Shown one piece after another: positions 49,704-59,619 of a DNA stretch of 64,000 nucleotides; position 1 is the first letter of the stretch; each line of letters begins with the position of its first letter. Location of the stretch: assembly GCA_947598285.1 (NCBI GenBank), contig CANQFE010000001.1, positions 13,705 through 77,704 of the forward strand, read 5' to 3'. The notes under the pieces are model-generated. The model saw only the letters and a list, made by a program, of their open reading frames with translations, had not been told where the DNA came from and did no database searches. This DNA is from an uncultured Bacilli bacterium. GTDB lineage: Bacteria; Bacillota_I; Bacilli_A; RF39; UBA660. Both the position numbers and the translations under genes were made by a program.

Positions 49704-50449
49704 TGTTATATTATAAACCAAAAAATTTAACATATAGTCAGTTATGTATCTGGATAGATAATAATGCATATAAAGAAGATTGTGATGAATATACTTTATT
49801 TCAGTACTTATATTTAATTATAGACCTCTTAAGTAAGAAAAATAAATATTTTCGAAATTATAGAGATTATGAACAATTTAGTATTTTTGCAGCGACAAGA
49901 ATTTTTTTCCGTATAAGAAGGCCAAAAAGAAAAAATTCTCAGAAAATAAATTATATTTTATCGTATCTTCAAAAATCTTTAAATTTCATTAAAATTGATT
50001 ATCAGAATAAAGAATTTGGAGAAAAGACCCTACCAGTTGAATCTTATGAACAACTAATTTCATTTAACGACTTATTTAATTCACTATCAGATGAATTATA
50101 TTTAGTTGACTTTCGATGTTGTCTTCATGATTTAACAAATACCATATGTGCATTCTTTAATCAATTACCAAGACAAAAATACAATAGCGAATGGTATAAT
50201 ATTAAGTTAAGTGTATTATTATCTTTTTTATATGAATTAAAATATAGTATAAGAAAAGAAATTATAATAAATCTGGAAGATACCTACAAACCATTAATTG
50301 CAGTTTTATTACGGGAACTTAAGTTAACAATTTCGAATGATTTAAAAGATATTCTATCTAATGTGACAACAAGGAAATCGTCAGACTTACTAGAAGTTGT
50401 ATATAGCGTACAAGGGGAAGATAATGAACGAAATAAAAGAACTACGTAA
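49703..50449 (+). CDS. hypothetical protein
   Basis: 248-aa ORF. Confidence 0.4.
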   Translation: MLYYKPKNLTYSQLCIWIDNNAYKEDCDEYTLFQYLYLIIDLLSKKNKYFRNYRDYEQFSIFAATRIFFRIRRPKRKNSQKINYILSYLQKSLNFIKIDYQNKEFGEKTLPVESYEQLISFNDLFNSLSDELYLVDFRCCLHDLTNTICAFFNQLPRQKYNSEWYNIKLSVLLSFLYELKYSIRKEIIINLEDTYKPLIAVLLRELKLTISNDLKDILSNVTTRKSSDLLEVVYSVQGEDNERNKRTT

Positions 50450-50783
50450 TAATGATTTTTATAGTATTTTACTATTTATTTTATTTAAATTAAATAGTAA
50501 TAAAGAATACTCTTCATTGTCTAGACTTGCGTACATTTTAAATGTAGACAACTTATTGAAGTTGTGTAAATTCTTCGGAGGTACTATAATAGAGATACCA
50601 ACATTGAATCAACTGGAAGATCTATGTAATGGATTATTGTTGTATCAAAAGGTGGAAATTGAAAAACAAGATTTTGATACTGTTGTAAAATCGTTTAATG
50701 TCGACGCTAAGAGTCGACATCGGTTGATTTCCATGTATAAAGTAATAAAGGAAACAATAAAAGATTATGACTTTAATGTTTAA
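50424..50783 (+). CDS. hypothetical protein
   Basis: ATG at 50424 with ribosome-binding site AAGGGGAAG. The ORF-track start at 50397 lies in the same frame. Confidence 0.4.
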   Translation: MNEIKELRNNDFYSILLFILFKLNSNKEYSSLSRLAYILNVDNLLKLCKFFGGTIIEIPTLNQLEDLCNGLLLYQKVEIEKQDFDTVVKSFNVDAKSRHRLISMYKVIKETIKDYDFNV

Positions 50784-50961
50784 TTCGCAACAAATACAAA
50801 ACGAACTTACAAGAATACAACAAGTAAAAGAATTAACATGGGAAGATATAATCAAAGATAGATTAAATGATAATTTAACTCAATATATTAGAGATATAAA
50901 CGAATTGGTGCAAACGTTGTATAATAAAGGGCTAATTAGTGTGCTAAGGAAATTTATGTAA
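50767..50961 (+). CDS. hypothetical small protein
   Basis: 64 aa. Confidence 0.35.
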   Translation: MTLMFNSQQIQNELTRIQQVKELTWEDIIKDRLNDNLTQYIRDINELVQTLYNKGLISVLRKFM

Positions 50962-50962
50962 T

Positions 50963-51286
50963 ATGAATTTATTAAAAGACTTAGCCAATATAACAGATAT
51001 TAAAGAATATAATTTACAAAGGCTAACAGATATAATATCTAAATTAATTTCACATTACACTTTTTGTGCAAGACAGGAAGGACTAAATTGTATAGATATA
51101 GATTTAGGTAAAGCTAATCTTATTATTAGATTCGAGGATGATGGAATTTCTTATAAGTTTGTTCCAGGAAAAGACTTAAATGAAGCTATAAAAAGAGCAT
51201 ATAATAATAAAGATACAGAACTAATAGATGGTACTATAAAATTAATTGGGCAACGAATAAATAAAACATACAAGGAATTACTATAA
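50963..51286 (+). CDS. hypothetical protein
   Basis: 107 aa. Confidence 0.4.
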   Translation: MNLLKDLANITDIKEYNLQRLTDIISKLISHYTFCARQEGLNCIDIDLGKANLIIRFEDDGISYKFVPGKDLNEAIKRAYNNKDTELIDGTIKLIGQRINKTYKELL

Positions 51287-51810
51287 TGGTCGAAAAAGAA
51301 AATCAAGATAACATTGAACAAAAGAAAGATGAAGAAATACAAACTGTGGATTCATCTCTTCCAGAGGTTATAAATAAATCTCAGGCCATTGCAGACGAAT
51401 TAATGGAAACAGAAGATCCTCAAAAAATGAAGGATCTCATTAATTTATTTAATATACAGGCAAAAAAGAAAAACATTCATCGAGCTGTTAAAGTAAATGA
51501 TATGCTTGATATTATTGTAAACACGTTATATTCAAGAATTTCTAGTAATCCGACCCAATTCCAAAATTTCGAACTCGTAAGTTATTTAGAAAAATTGGAT
51601 GCATATTTTGAAAAAGTAACAGCAAAAGATGCAAATCCAAATGACAATTCACTTATTAACTTAACTCAAAACAATCAAATAAATATAATAAATGATACTG
51701 GACTTGATATTCAAGCAAGAAAGAATGTAACAGAAACAGTAAGAAAAATACTGGAAAATTTACAGAAAGAAACGCCAAATATAATTGAGGAAGATGAAGT
51801 AAATGAATAA
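51286..51810 (+). CDS. hypothetical acidic protein
   Basis: 174 aa, D/E-rich. Confidence 0.4.
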   Translation: MVEKENQDNIEQKKDEEIQTVDSSLPEVINKSQAIADELMETEDPQKMKDLINLFNIQAKKKNIHRAVKVNDMLDIIVNTLYSRISSNPTQFQNFELVSYLEKLDAYFEKVTAKDANPNDNSLINLTQNNQINIINDTGLDIQARKNVTETVRKILENLQKETPNIIEEDEVNE

Positions 51811-52996
51811 TATATATTCAGATTATAAAAGAATAGATGGAGAAACAGACCAACAATTCGAAATCCGTTGTTATAAACAGAAGTTAATGTATAACGACAT
51901 TACTTGGGTTCAATTAGCACGGATATTAAATGAAGAACTTGGGTTAAATCATACGGAATCAAGATATAGAAAAAAGTGTTATTCAATAACACTTACAGAT
52001 ACAGAAGAACACGATGAAATAACAATTGCAGAAAATCAACTAAAAAATTTGCTAATGGAAATAAAAAAAGAAAAAATAAAGTTAGCAGATGAAAGAACAC
52101 AAAACAATGCACTTATTCGTAGAATGGCAAGAGAGGATACAATACGAGAAATTGCCAGAGAATATGCACAAGTAATGTGTGATAAAAAAATCTTAAACCA
52201 CACACCAATTACGATAAATAAAGATTCTTCAAAAATTGGAATTTTAATGTTATCAGATTGGCATTATGGACTACAAATAGAAAATGTATTTAATACATAT
52301 AACGAGAACGTATTTATAAGTCGAATTAATCGACTAAAAGATGAAGTAACGAGAATTATAAAAGAAAATAAACTTGAATATCTACACGTTGTAAATCTTT
52401 CAGATTTAATTGCAGGAAGAATTCACTTATCAATTAGACTGCAAAGTAGATGTGACGTAATTTCACAAACAATGATGGTAAGTGAAACGTTAGCAGAATT
52501 ATTAAATTACTTTTCATGTTTATGTACAGTATATTATCACGACGTATTGGATAATCATTCAAGATTAGAACCACGTAAAGAGGATTCATTAGATTTAGAG
52601 TCTCTAGTAAGAATCATCCCGTGGTATTTAAAAGAAAGACTAAAAGACAATCAAGATATAATTTTTGATAAAGAATGTTTAAGTACAGACATTGCAACAT
52701 TTAAAGTATTTAATTTTAATGTTGCAGCATTACATGGACATAAAGATAAACCAAGTAAAGTTGTTGATAATGTAACAAATATGTTAGGTAGTAAACATGA
52801 TTTAATACTTACAGCACATAGACACCACTTTGCAGCAGAAGAAGAGCACAATTGCATAAGAGTATCAAATGGTTGTTTACTTGGTGTTGATGATTATGCG
52901 GAGAATTTAAGGCTATTAAGTAAGCCTTCACAAACATTTATTATTTCAACACCGGACAGCGTATGTAAAGAGATTCATAGAATCGATTTAATGTAA
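51803..52996 (+). CDS. calcineurin-like metallophosphoesterase with N-terminal ~150-aa extension
   Basis: Motifs SDWHYG (DxH), SDLIAG (GD-like), DNHS (GNH-like), LHGHKD (GH), TAHRHHF (GHxH). Confidence 0.55.
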   Translation: MNNIYSDYKRIDGETDQQFEIRCYKQKLMYNDITWVQLARILNEELGLNHTESRYRKKCYSITLTDTEEHDEITIAENQLKNLLMEIKKEKIKLADERTQNNALIRRMAREDTIREIAREYAQVMCDKKILNHTPITINKDSSKIGILMLSDWHYGLQIENVFNTYNENVFISRINRLKDEVTRIIKENKLEYLHVVNLSDLIAGRIHLSIRLQSRCDVISQTMMVSETLAELLNYFSCLCTVYYHDVLDNHSRLEPRKEDSLDLESLVRIIPWYLKERLKDNQDIIFDKECLSTDIATFKVFNFNVAALHGHKDKPSKVVDNVTNMLGSKHDLILTAHRHHFAAEEEHNCIRVSNGCLLGVDDYAENLRLLSKPSQTFIISTPDSVCKEIHRIDLM

Positions 52997-53094
52997 GAAC
53001 TAAGCTATGCTTTATATATATACAAATCTATAAGTCATATCAGGGTAAGTCCTTCAAAAAGGTAAGTCCCTAGTAAGTAAGGAGATTATTGAGA

Positions 53095-53526
53095 ATGAAA
53101 TTTTATAGTGACAAAACAAAAAAACTTTATGAAACAGAGGACGAATTAAAAGCTGCAGAAGCTGAGCTACAAGAGCTAACAGATAGCCGAGAATTAACGA
53201 AAAAACAGTTAGCAAAAAAAGTAGAAGCAGCTCGAGACAGAGAAAAGCTAGCAGAAGAGGCTTATTCAAAAACAGAAAAACAAGTAGAAGAGCTTATTGA
53301 AAACACAAAGAAACAAATAGATGAATTATATGATAAGCCGACAAAAGAACTTCGTGAAGCACAGGAAGAAAAATTAAAAGCAATTCGTGAATTTAATGAA
53401 AAATTCGGTGCATATACAGTATCTTATTCTGCTGAAGAAATTGATAAAGAGTTTAATCGTTTATTAAAGAGTATAACAAATTGGGATATATTTAAACATA
53501 ATTTGTTTAGACCCTGGATTTTCTAA
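53095..53526 (+). CDS. hypothetical charged coiled-coil protein
   Basis: Ribosome-binding site AAGGAG at 53079-53084 and ATG at 53095. Followed by a strong terminator. Confidence 0.45.
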   Translation: MKFYSDKTKKLYETEDELKAAEAELQELTDSRELTKKQLAKKVEAARDREKLAEEAYSKTEKQVEELIENTKKQIDELYDKPTKELREAQEEKLKAIREFNEKFGAYTVSYSAEEIDKEFNRLLKSITNWDIFKHNLFRPWIF

Positions 53527-53587
53527 TTAGTTTCAAGCATAGCTTAGTTTTTAACATATACATTGAGTATGTAACTGATTGTTAATA

Positions 53588-53630
53588 AAGATGTCTGTTA
53601 ACTTAAATCGGTTAACAGACATCTTTTTAT
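53588..53630 (+). terminator. rho-independent terminator
   Basis: 15-bp perfect stem AAGATGTCTGTTAAC / GTTAACAGACATCTT with loop TTAAATCG, followed by TTTTT. Confidence 0.8.
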
Positions 53631-53644
53631 AGGGGTGTGTAAAA

Positions 53645-53974
53645 GTGGCAAAAAAACATTTTGATGAATATTATAATTCCATATATAAACAACTTATAAG
53701 ACTTCAAGATTCATTGGATGGTATGTCGGAAGATGTTTCTAAAAAACTTATTGAACCAGAACGATTAGAACAACTAAAGAAAACAATTCAGCCAATTAAA
53801 TCAAGCTATGATATGTTGACATACGTAAAATATTTACTTGATATGCCAAATCGTTCTTCTAAGACTAAAAAATATAAAAATCAGCAGACGAAAGTTTTAA
53901 AACAAACTGAGCAATATACTGCGGAGAATATTCAAAAACAAAATCAACAAACAATAAAGAAAATTACGTTATAG
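53645..53974 (+). CDS. hypothetical protein
   Basis: 109 aa. GTG start. Confidence 0.4.
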   Translation: MAKKHFDEYYNSIYKQLIRLQDSLDGMSEDVSKKLIEPERLEQLKKTIQPIKSSYDMLTYVKYLLDMPNRSSKTKKYKNQQTKVLKQTEQYTAENIQKQNQQTIKKITL

Positions 53975-53985
53975 AGAGAAATAAA

Positions 53986-54255
53986 ATGAGAAACTTTCTA
54001 AACCATCTTGGTATTTACAATGATGGAACACAGTTAAATGGTAAATATGTTATAAACTTTAATAATATAGATGAATTTAATAAAGTTTTTAAAAAACTAG
54101 ATAAATCAAACGAAATTGAAGAATCAGAAGAATCTTCAATTCTAAATTCTTCAGTGTCAACTATTGTATATAATAATGATGATTATTTAATTATACTAAG
54201 TGCTAATTTTGATACTGACGAATATACATTAACGATTCAAGATATTGGTAGGTAA
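53986..54255 (+). CDS. hypothetical protein
   Basis: 89 aa. Confidence 0.4.
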   Translation: MRNFLNHLGIYNDGTQLNGKYVINFNNIDEFNKVFKKLDKSNEIEESEESSILNSSVSTIVYNNDDYLIILSANFDTDEYTLTIQDIGR

Positions 54256-54262
54256 CTAAAAG

Positions 54263-55009
54263 ATGAAATGTAAAGTTATTAAATTTAATCCTAATGAAAT
54301 TAACCATAAATATATATGTGAGATTGAAACAGATTATGATAAATTATCAGAAATTTCACAAGAAGTTAATTTAAAAAAGGATGGAGAAGAAACGCGGTCC
54401 ATTATTTTAAAATTAAAAAACACTATTCGTGCTAATGAAAATATGGTCGGATTATCAGCTCCTCAAATTGGATTTAATAAACGAATCATTTGTATTAACT
54501 TTAATGGAGATATTCGCACACTAATTAATCCACTAATTACATCTCGTGAAGGATGGACACTACATAGAGAAAGTTGTCATTCTATTCCAAATAAAGAATT
54601 CCTTATTCATAGGCACACAAACATTTCAGTAACTTATACAACCCCTCTTGGACGTATAGAAATAGTCTCACTAATAGGACTCGCTGCATTTATTGCACAA
54701 CACCAAATTGAACACTTAGATGGAATTCTTCTAAGTGATAATGGACTAGAAGTTGACGAGATGTTTAATAATGCTTCAGAAGAAGAACAAGATGAAGTTA
54801 TAAAGATGTATTTAGAATCTTTGGATCTTCGTGCAAAAGAATACAATCTTGCAATCGAAGAAGATGAAGATGCAAAGAAGTTACGAGATGAAGCTAAATT
54901 CATTAACGCAATTGAGAATGGTGACGTTAAGATTGAATATGTTCCATGGACTCAAGAAGAAATTGATAAATACGAAAGTAGTCAGGAAAAAGAAGACTTA
55001 GACAAATAA
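54263..55009 (+). CDS. def: peptide deformylase-like metalloprotein with acidic C-terminal extension
   Basis: Motif 1 GLSAPQIG (GxGxAAxQ), motif 2 RESCHS (EGCLS-like, metal Cys), motif 3 QHQIEHLDG (HExxH). Confidence 0.6.
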   Translation: MKCKVIKFNPNEINHKYICEIETDYDKLSEISQEVNLKKDGEETRSIILKLKNTIRANENMVGLSAPQIGFNKRIICINFNGDIRTLINPLITSREGWTLHRESCHSIPNKEFLIHRHTNISVTYTTPLGRIEIVSLIGLAAFIAQHQIEHLDGILLSDNGLEVDEMFNNASEEEQDEVIKMYLESLDLRAKEYNLAIEEDEDAKKLRDEAKFINAIENGDVKIEYVPWTQEEIDKYESSQEKEDLDK

Positions 55010-55024
55010 ACGAGGTACTACACA

Positions 55025-55576
55025 ATGTCTACACTAAATATTCCAATACAGTTAAATGCTGGACAATCTGCTCCAACGACACTGTATCCAAGAGAATTAT
55101 TTGTACAATATAATAGTAATAATATCCCCGTTAACTTATGGATAGGTCCAAATGCTACTAAAAATACAAACGCCGATCAGAAAAAAGGAACCCCACAAAA
55201 AATAGTGGTATCAAGTTCTAATTCTGCTAATTCATTTAAAAATGGAGATACTTTCTTATCAAATAATTCGTATTCATCAGATTCATCTGGAGGTGCTTCT
55301 GGGAACATAACAAGGCTTGGTAACTTCAATGTTGTCAATCAAGGAACTTCAACTAATCGTAAATATAAGTGGACTACAATTGTTTCAGGGTCGGTAGATT
55401 CTACTAGTATTCAGGAAGCAACAACAAGTACAAATATAGATAATTATAATACCTTTCAATATATCAACATAAATCAATTAGGCCGTTTAGTTGCAAAACG
55501 TAATGGTGCGGTTTTTGGTAGTGCCTTTCCAAGTAATCCAAGCGATGGACAAGTTTTCTTTAAAATTGTTACATAA
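55025..55576 (+). CDS. virion/fiber-associated protein
   Basis: 183 aa, S/N/T-rich. Confidence 0.4.
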   Translation: MSTLNIPIQLNAGQSAPTTLYPRELFVQYNSNNIPVNLWIGPNATKNTNADQKKGTPQKIVVSSSNSANSFKNGDTFLSNNSYSSDSSGGASGNITRLGNFNVVNQGTSTNRKYKWTTIVSGSVDSTSIQEATTSTNIDNYNTFQYININQLGRLVAKRNGAVFGSAFPSNPSDGQVFFKIVT

Positions 55577-55592
55577 GTAAGGGTGTAGACAT

Positions 55593-57362
55593 ATGGGACT
55601 AACTACGCAAGCATACCACTGGATTGATGGAAATGATAATAATTTTTTAAGCAGTAAATATCCAATTCGATGGATAAATAATACTGGAAGTACACGTAAA
55701 ATTATTAGTATTTCTGCAAAAATGGCTTCAGTTGATACTCGTAGTTCAACGGTAACAAAAAACAACGTAGGCGTATGTATTGAAAATGCAACCGGGGCGT
55801 ATGCCTATGGAACTGGTAATCCATATAAGGTACAGTTAGGAGCTAGAATATTTTTAGGGGATGTGTTTACCGGAACTGAATACATGTCAGAAAATGAACC
55901 AGAAATAAGCGAACGTGTTGGGGTACACCCTTGGTCGCAGGATGGAAAATCTGGTGTTACTGCTAATTATACGAATATCTCTTCTATAACAACCTGGACA
56001 TTTAAGACATTTGAAGTACGAAGTGGTTATACAGTTAAATTTTATTTTAAAGTTACTAAAAAGTCTGATAGTCTTGTTATAACTCTTGATTTTACTAACA
56101 TTGATGATGCGGCTATTATGCCACCGGTGTGTACATTAACTTATGATGCTACTGGTGGAACTGGTGCACCAGTAGATCAATCTGCAGCAAAAGGTTCATT
56201 CGTTACTATATCATCACAAATTCCAAGTAAAACTAACTATAATTTTAAAAATTGGAGTTTAAATTCCACCGGAACATCATCGTCATATACTCCAGGTCAA
56301 TCTATACAATTAGACGATAATAAAACGTTATATGCTATTTGGGAAGATGCAAAATTAGATTTAACACTTGAACAATATAGAGTTGAAAAAACTACTCGTA
56401 CAACGGATCCATGGGATCTTTGTGCAATTATAAAAGCATCAAGTACCGCAACTGACTGGTCTTATAGATACAATGATGAAACTAACTATCGACTATATTC
56501 ATCAGCGAATACGTCGTCTATAACATATCGAATTCCACAAACTGCTGGTAAGATATATCGAATTTATTTTAGAGCAAGACGTGTAAATTCAACCGTTACT
56601 GGTGAAACTAGTGATTATGCTGAATATGACTTAGTATTACCAAAAATTAACCGCGCATCGGTTAATGTAACAGGTGCAAAGCAAGGCGATTTAACATTTA
56701 TAGCAGATAAGAAGGTTCAATGGGAATTTACAGGAACACTTAATGGTGCTACGATTCGAACTGTAAATGCTATAGATGCAGACGTTCCTGCAAACACGGA
56801 AGTTACGAGATCTGTTAATTTATGGTCAAATTCAAGTCTTGATTATACATTAAGAGTTAAACGATCCGATAATATATTTCTTACGGATTCTAAACAAATT
56901 CCAGTTAGTACTGTACCACTGGAATTAAATTTAAGTATAGACTCAGGTTATCCATTAGCAACTGTAGTTAAGTTAACATGTAAAGCCCCATCTAATGTAC
57001 AAGCGGATACTTGGAATTACGATTTGTGGAAAATCACTAAAGAAAATAATATTACTACTACAGTTCGTTTGGAGACAAATACGGCTATATCTGGTGGAAC
57101 AAATGCAGAGGTAAAATTAACACGTTCTAGCTTAATTCCTGGTATTTTATATAAAGCTAAATTTTATGCTACGGACAATCGTAATATTATAGCATCGTCA
57201 AACGAAGTTACATTTATTCCTACAGGTGGAATATATGTATATGACGAAACAACACAAAAAAATGTTTTATGTGGTGTATATATCTATAATAGTACAAAAG
57301 GTAAATGGGAAATTTACAATCCATATGTATATAATAACAATGAATGGAAAATATCAAATTAG
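55593..57362 (+). CDS. tail fiber / receptor-binding-like beta-rich protein
   Basis: 589 aa, T/S/N/Y-rich with predicted beta-strand repeats. Lies in a cluster with the poly-G fiber genes. Confidence 0.45.
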   Translation: MGLTTQAYHWIDGNDNNFLSSKYPIRWINNTGSTRKIISISAKMASVDTRSSTVTKNNVGVCIENATGAYAYGTGNPYKVQLGARIFLGDVFTGTEYMSENEPEISERVGVHPWSQDGKSGVTANYTNISSITTWTFKTFEVRSGYTVKFYFKVTKKSDSLVITLDFTNIDDAAIMPPVCTLTYDATGGTGAPVDQSAAKGSFVTISSQIPSKTNYNFKNWSLNSTGTSSSYTPGQSIQLDDNKTLYAIWEDAKLDLTLEQYRVEKTTRTTDPWDLCAIIKASSTATDWSYRYNDETNYRLYSSANTSSITYRIPQTAGKIYRIYFRARRVNSTVTGETSDYAEYDLVLPKINRASVNVTGAKQGDLTFIADKKVQWEFTGTLNGATIRTVNAIDADVPANTEVTRSVNLWSNSSLDYTLRVKRSDNIFLTDSKQIPVSTVPLELNLSIDSGYPLATVVKLTCKAPSNVQADTWNYDLWKITKENNITTTVRLETNTAISGGTNAEVKLTRSSLIPGILYKAKFYATDNRNIIASSNEVTFIPTGGIYVYDETTQKNVLCGVYIYNSTKGKWEIYNPYVYNNNEWKISN

Positions 57363-57374
57363 GAGTTGTGTAAT

Positions 57375-57917
57375 ATGAATAATGTGTATTTATCAGGGAT
57401 AATTAAAAATATAGAACCATCTCATTGTATTAATGGGATTCAATATAACAAAGCAAATATAATTATTCCAAGAGCAAAAGGAAAAGAAGATATAATTGTA
57501 TTAAAGTATAAAGAATTTACAAATAAGAATAATTATAAAGACGGAGATACAATATGTCTACTTGGAAATGTTCGTACGTATTCCATTCATCAACCAGACG
57601 GAACAGATAAAATATCAGTTTACGTATTTACTTATTTTGATAAACCAGAAGAAACGTTAGAAGATAATACTAATAAGTGCGAAATATCAGGACGAATATG
57701 TAAAATTAGTAATATAAGATATACAAAAGATAATAATCGAAATATTCATTTTATACTCGCAAATAATATAGAAAACGGAAATGGAAGACGATATTCAAGT
57801 TATATTCCTTGTATTGCATGGGGTAAGATAGCAGATTCATTATCTAAATTTTCAGTTAATACGCAACTTGAATTATTTGGAGAATTACACTCAAATAACT
57901 GTAAAAAAAAAATCTAA
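57375..57917 (+). CDS. tandem OB-fold (SSB-like) protein
   Basis: Two halves each resemble the bacterial SSB OB-fold: NNVYLSGIIKNIEP…LLGNVRTY and IHFILANN…IPCIAWGKIADSL…LELFGEL. ATG at 57375 after AGGAG. Confidence 0.4.
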   Translation: MNNVYLSGIIKNIEPSHCINGIQYNKANIIIPRAKGKEDIIVLKYKEFTNKNNYKDGDTICLLGNVRTYSIHQPDGTDKISVYVFTYFDKPEETLEDNTNKCEISGRICKISNIRYTKDNNRNIHFILANNIENGNGRRYSSYIPCIAWGKIADSLSKFSVNTQLELFGELHSNNCKKKI

Positions 57918-57975
57918 CAACAGATTTGGTACATGAATTATTAATAAAAGATTTTAAAGTATAACGAATAATATT

Positions 57976-58790
57976 ATGGCAAATTATATTTCACAAATTA
58001 AACTACCGAATGGTACAACGTATAATGTTCAAGATACTGAGAAGTTACCCCTAGGGGGGGGACAATAACTGGTTCGTTAACCATAAATGATGCAGTAATA
58101 GCAAACAACATTTATGGTAGTTTAAACAAAATTAATCTTACAGCAGATACTTATGATCAAAATACTTGGTATCCAGTGGTTGGAAATAAACTTGCGTACT
58201 CTAGATTTGGGTATACACATCTTTGTGTTGTACACGAATTAGATAACGATGTGCTGCCTTCATGGAGTACTCATGAACAAGGCTATTATTGCTTAACAGA
58301 AGTCTTAACTCAAGCGTCAGGTTGGGGAATGTCTTCAGGAACAACTATAATTCTTATAAACGATTGTTGTTGGATAAAAGATAATCTTAATCCTGTAGCA
58401 TATCGTCAAATGATGCATAGTTCATATCCCGTTTTTTATCTTAGAGGCGGTGGAATATACAATATTTATTCTAACGAGAATACAACTTGGACAGTTCATA
58501 CTTCGTTGTATGAACATTCACAAGATACAGTGCAGCCCGAAACTTCTTGTCCGTCAAATGTTAATCCTCCAGGAACAATTAAAACAAATATTAATGGAAT
58601 TGCTACTAAAGTTAGTTCAGCGTTAACTGTTGGTGGTAAAACTTATGATGGTTCTAAAGCAGTTACATTAACAGCAGCAGATTTAGGCGCATTAACAACA
58701 TCAACTGCAAGTACAACATACGCTACTAAAACAGAGATGAATGCCAAAAATGATAAAGCAAAAGTTGAAGGAGATATTCTAATATTATAA
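57976..58790 (+). CDS. receptor-binding/fiber-like gene interrupted by a G8 homopolymer tract (58054-58061); out of frame as sequenced, in frame with G9
   Basis: Upstream frame gives MANYISQIKLPNGTTYNVQDTEKLPLGGGQ*. The downstream frame is open from 58041 to 58790 (ORF-track ORF 58176-58790). Adding one G fuses the two frames. Confidence 0.55.
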
Positions 58791-58815
58791 TAATTTTAAT
58801 TGGAGGAAATTAGTA

Positions 58816-59404
58816 ATGGCTGAATTTATTAATCAAATTAAACTTCCCAATAATATTACATATGACATACAAGATCGTAATGCTCTTCCTCTATCTTCCG
58901 TAGTTCAAATTATGGGGGGGGGGGCAAACGACCCTCATGTCCCAAAAAGCAATTACGGATGAATTGAATAAAGTAGATACACAAGGAATAAATTTAGTCT
59001 GTAATAGTTTAGGAACACATGTAGCTAATACAGGCGTTTCAAGCGTTTTATTTCAATATACTTTACTCGAAGAAATTGAATTGAATGTTGACTATACGTT
59101 TACTTTATATGGAACCGGTGCTTTTAGAATTCATATAGGATTACCTAATGATCGAGGGTGGAATGATCCATACAGTGGAAGATTTGTAATCCCAGAAAGT
59201 AAAATTTTCAGTTTTACTGGTAGATTAACGTCATGGAATATGGGAGATGAACAAACCAAAAAAGACAATCTTGCACTATATTCTCAAAGCATTAATGCTA
59301 CGATTAATAAAATAAAAGTAGAAAGAGGTAACGTAATACATCCTATATGGAGTCCTTCTCCATTAGATATTAGAGTGTCAGACGATATATTAATTTTATT
59401 ATGA
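58816..59404 (+). CDS. paralogous receptor-binding/fiber-like gene interrupted by a G11 homopolymer tract (58914-58924); in frame with G10
   Basis: Upstream frame gives MAEFINQIKLPNNITYDIQDRNALPLSSVVQIMGGGANDPHVPKSNYG*. The downstream frame is open from 58904 to 59404. The N-terminus is paralogous to the 57976 gene. Confidence 0.55.
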
Positions 59405-59619
59405 TTGTATATTAAAATTAATATACAACAACAAAAATCATTTAGAGAGAATTATGTTAAATATTTGGAAAATTAATATTAAAGGAACAGAATGTGAAAT
59501 TTTAACCTCACATAAAAGACGTTCTCAACCACTAAGCAAAGCATAGGTGGTTGTGATATGTCATTTATACTGCACCCCCTTAATTTATAAAAAAAATTAT
59601 TTAAAGGAGTCTATATATT

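Noticed and set aside
58054-58924. Poly-G runs as pure Illumina two-colour poly-G artifacts
   Set aside because: This cannot be excluded without reads. It is disfavoured because two tracts fall at the same relative position in paralogous genes, encode a Gly linker, and simple ±1 changes restore long ORFs. Artifacts would not respect gene architecture.
59405-59432. Palindrome TTGTATATT-AAAATT-AATATACAA after the second poly-G gene as a terminator
   Set aside because: A 9-bp all-A/T stem without a U-tract. Predicted stability is too low to call a terminator.
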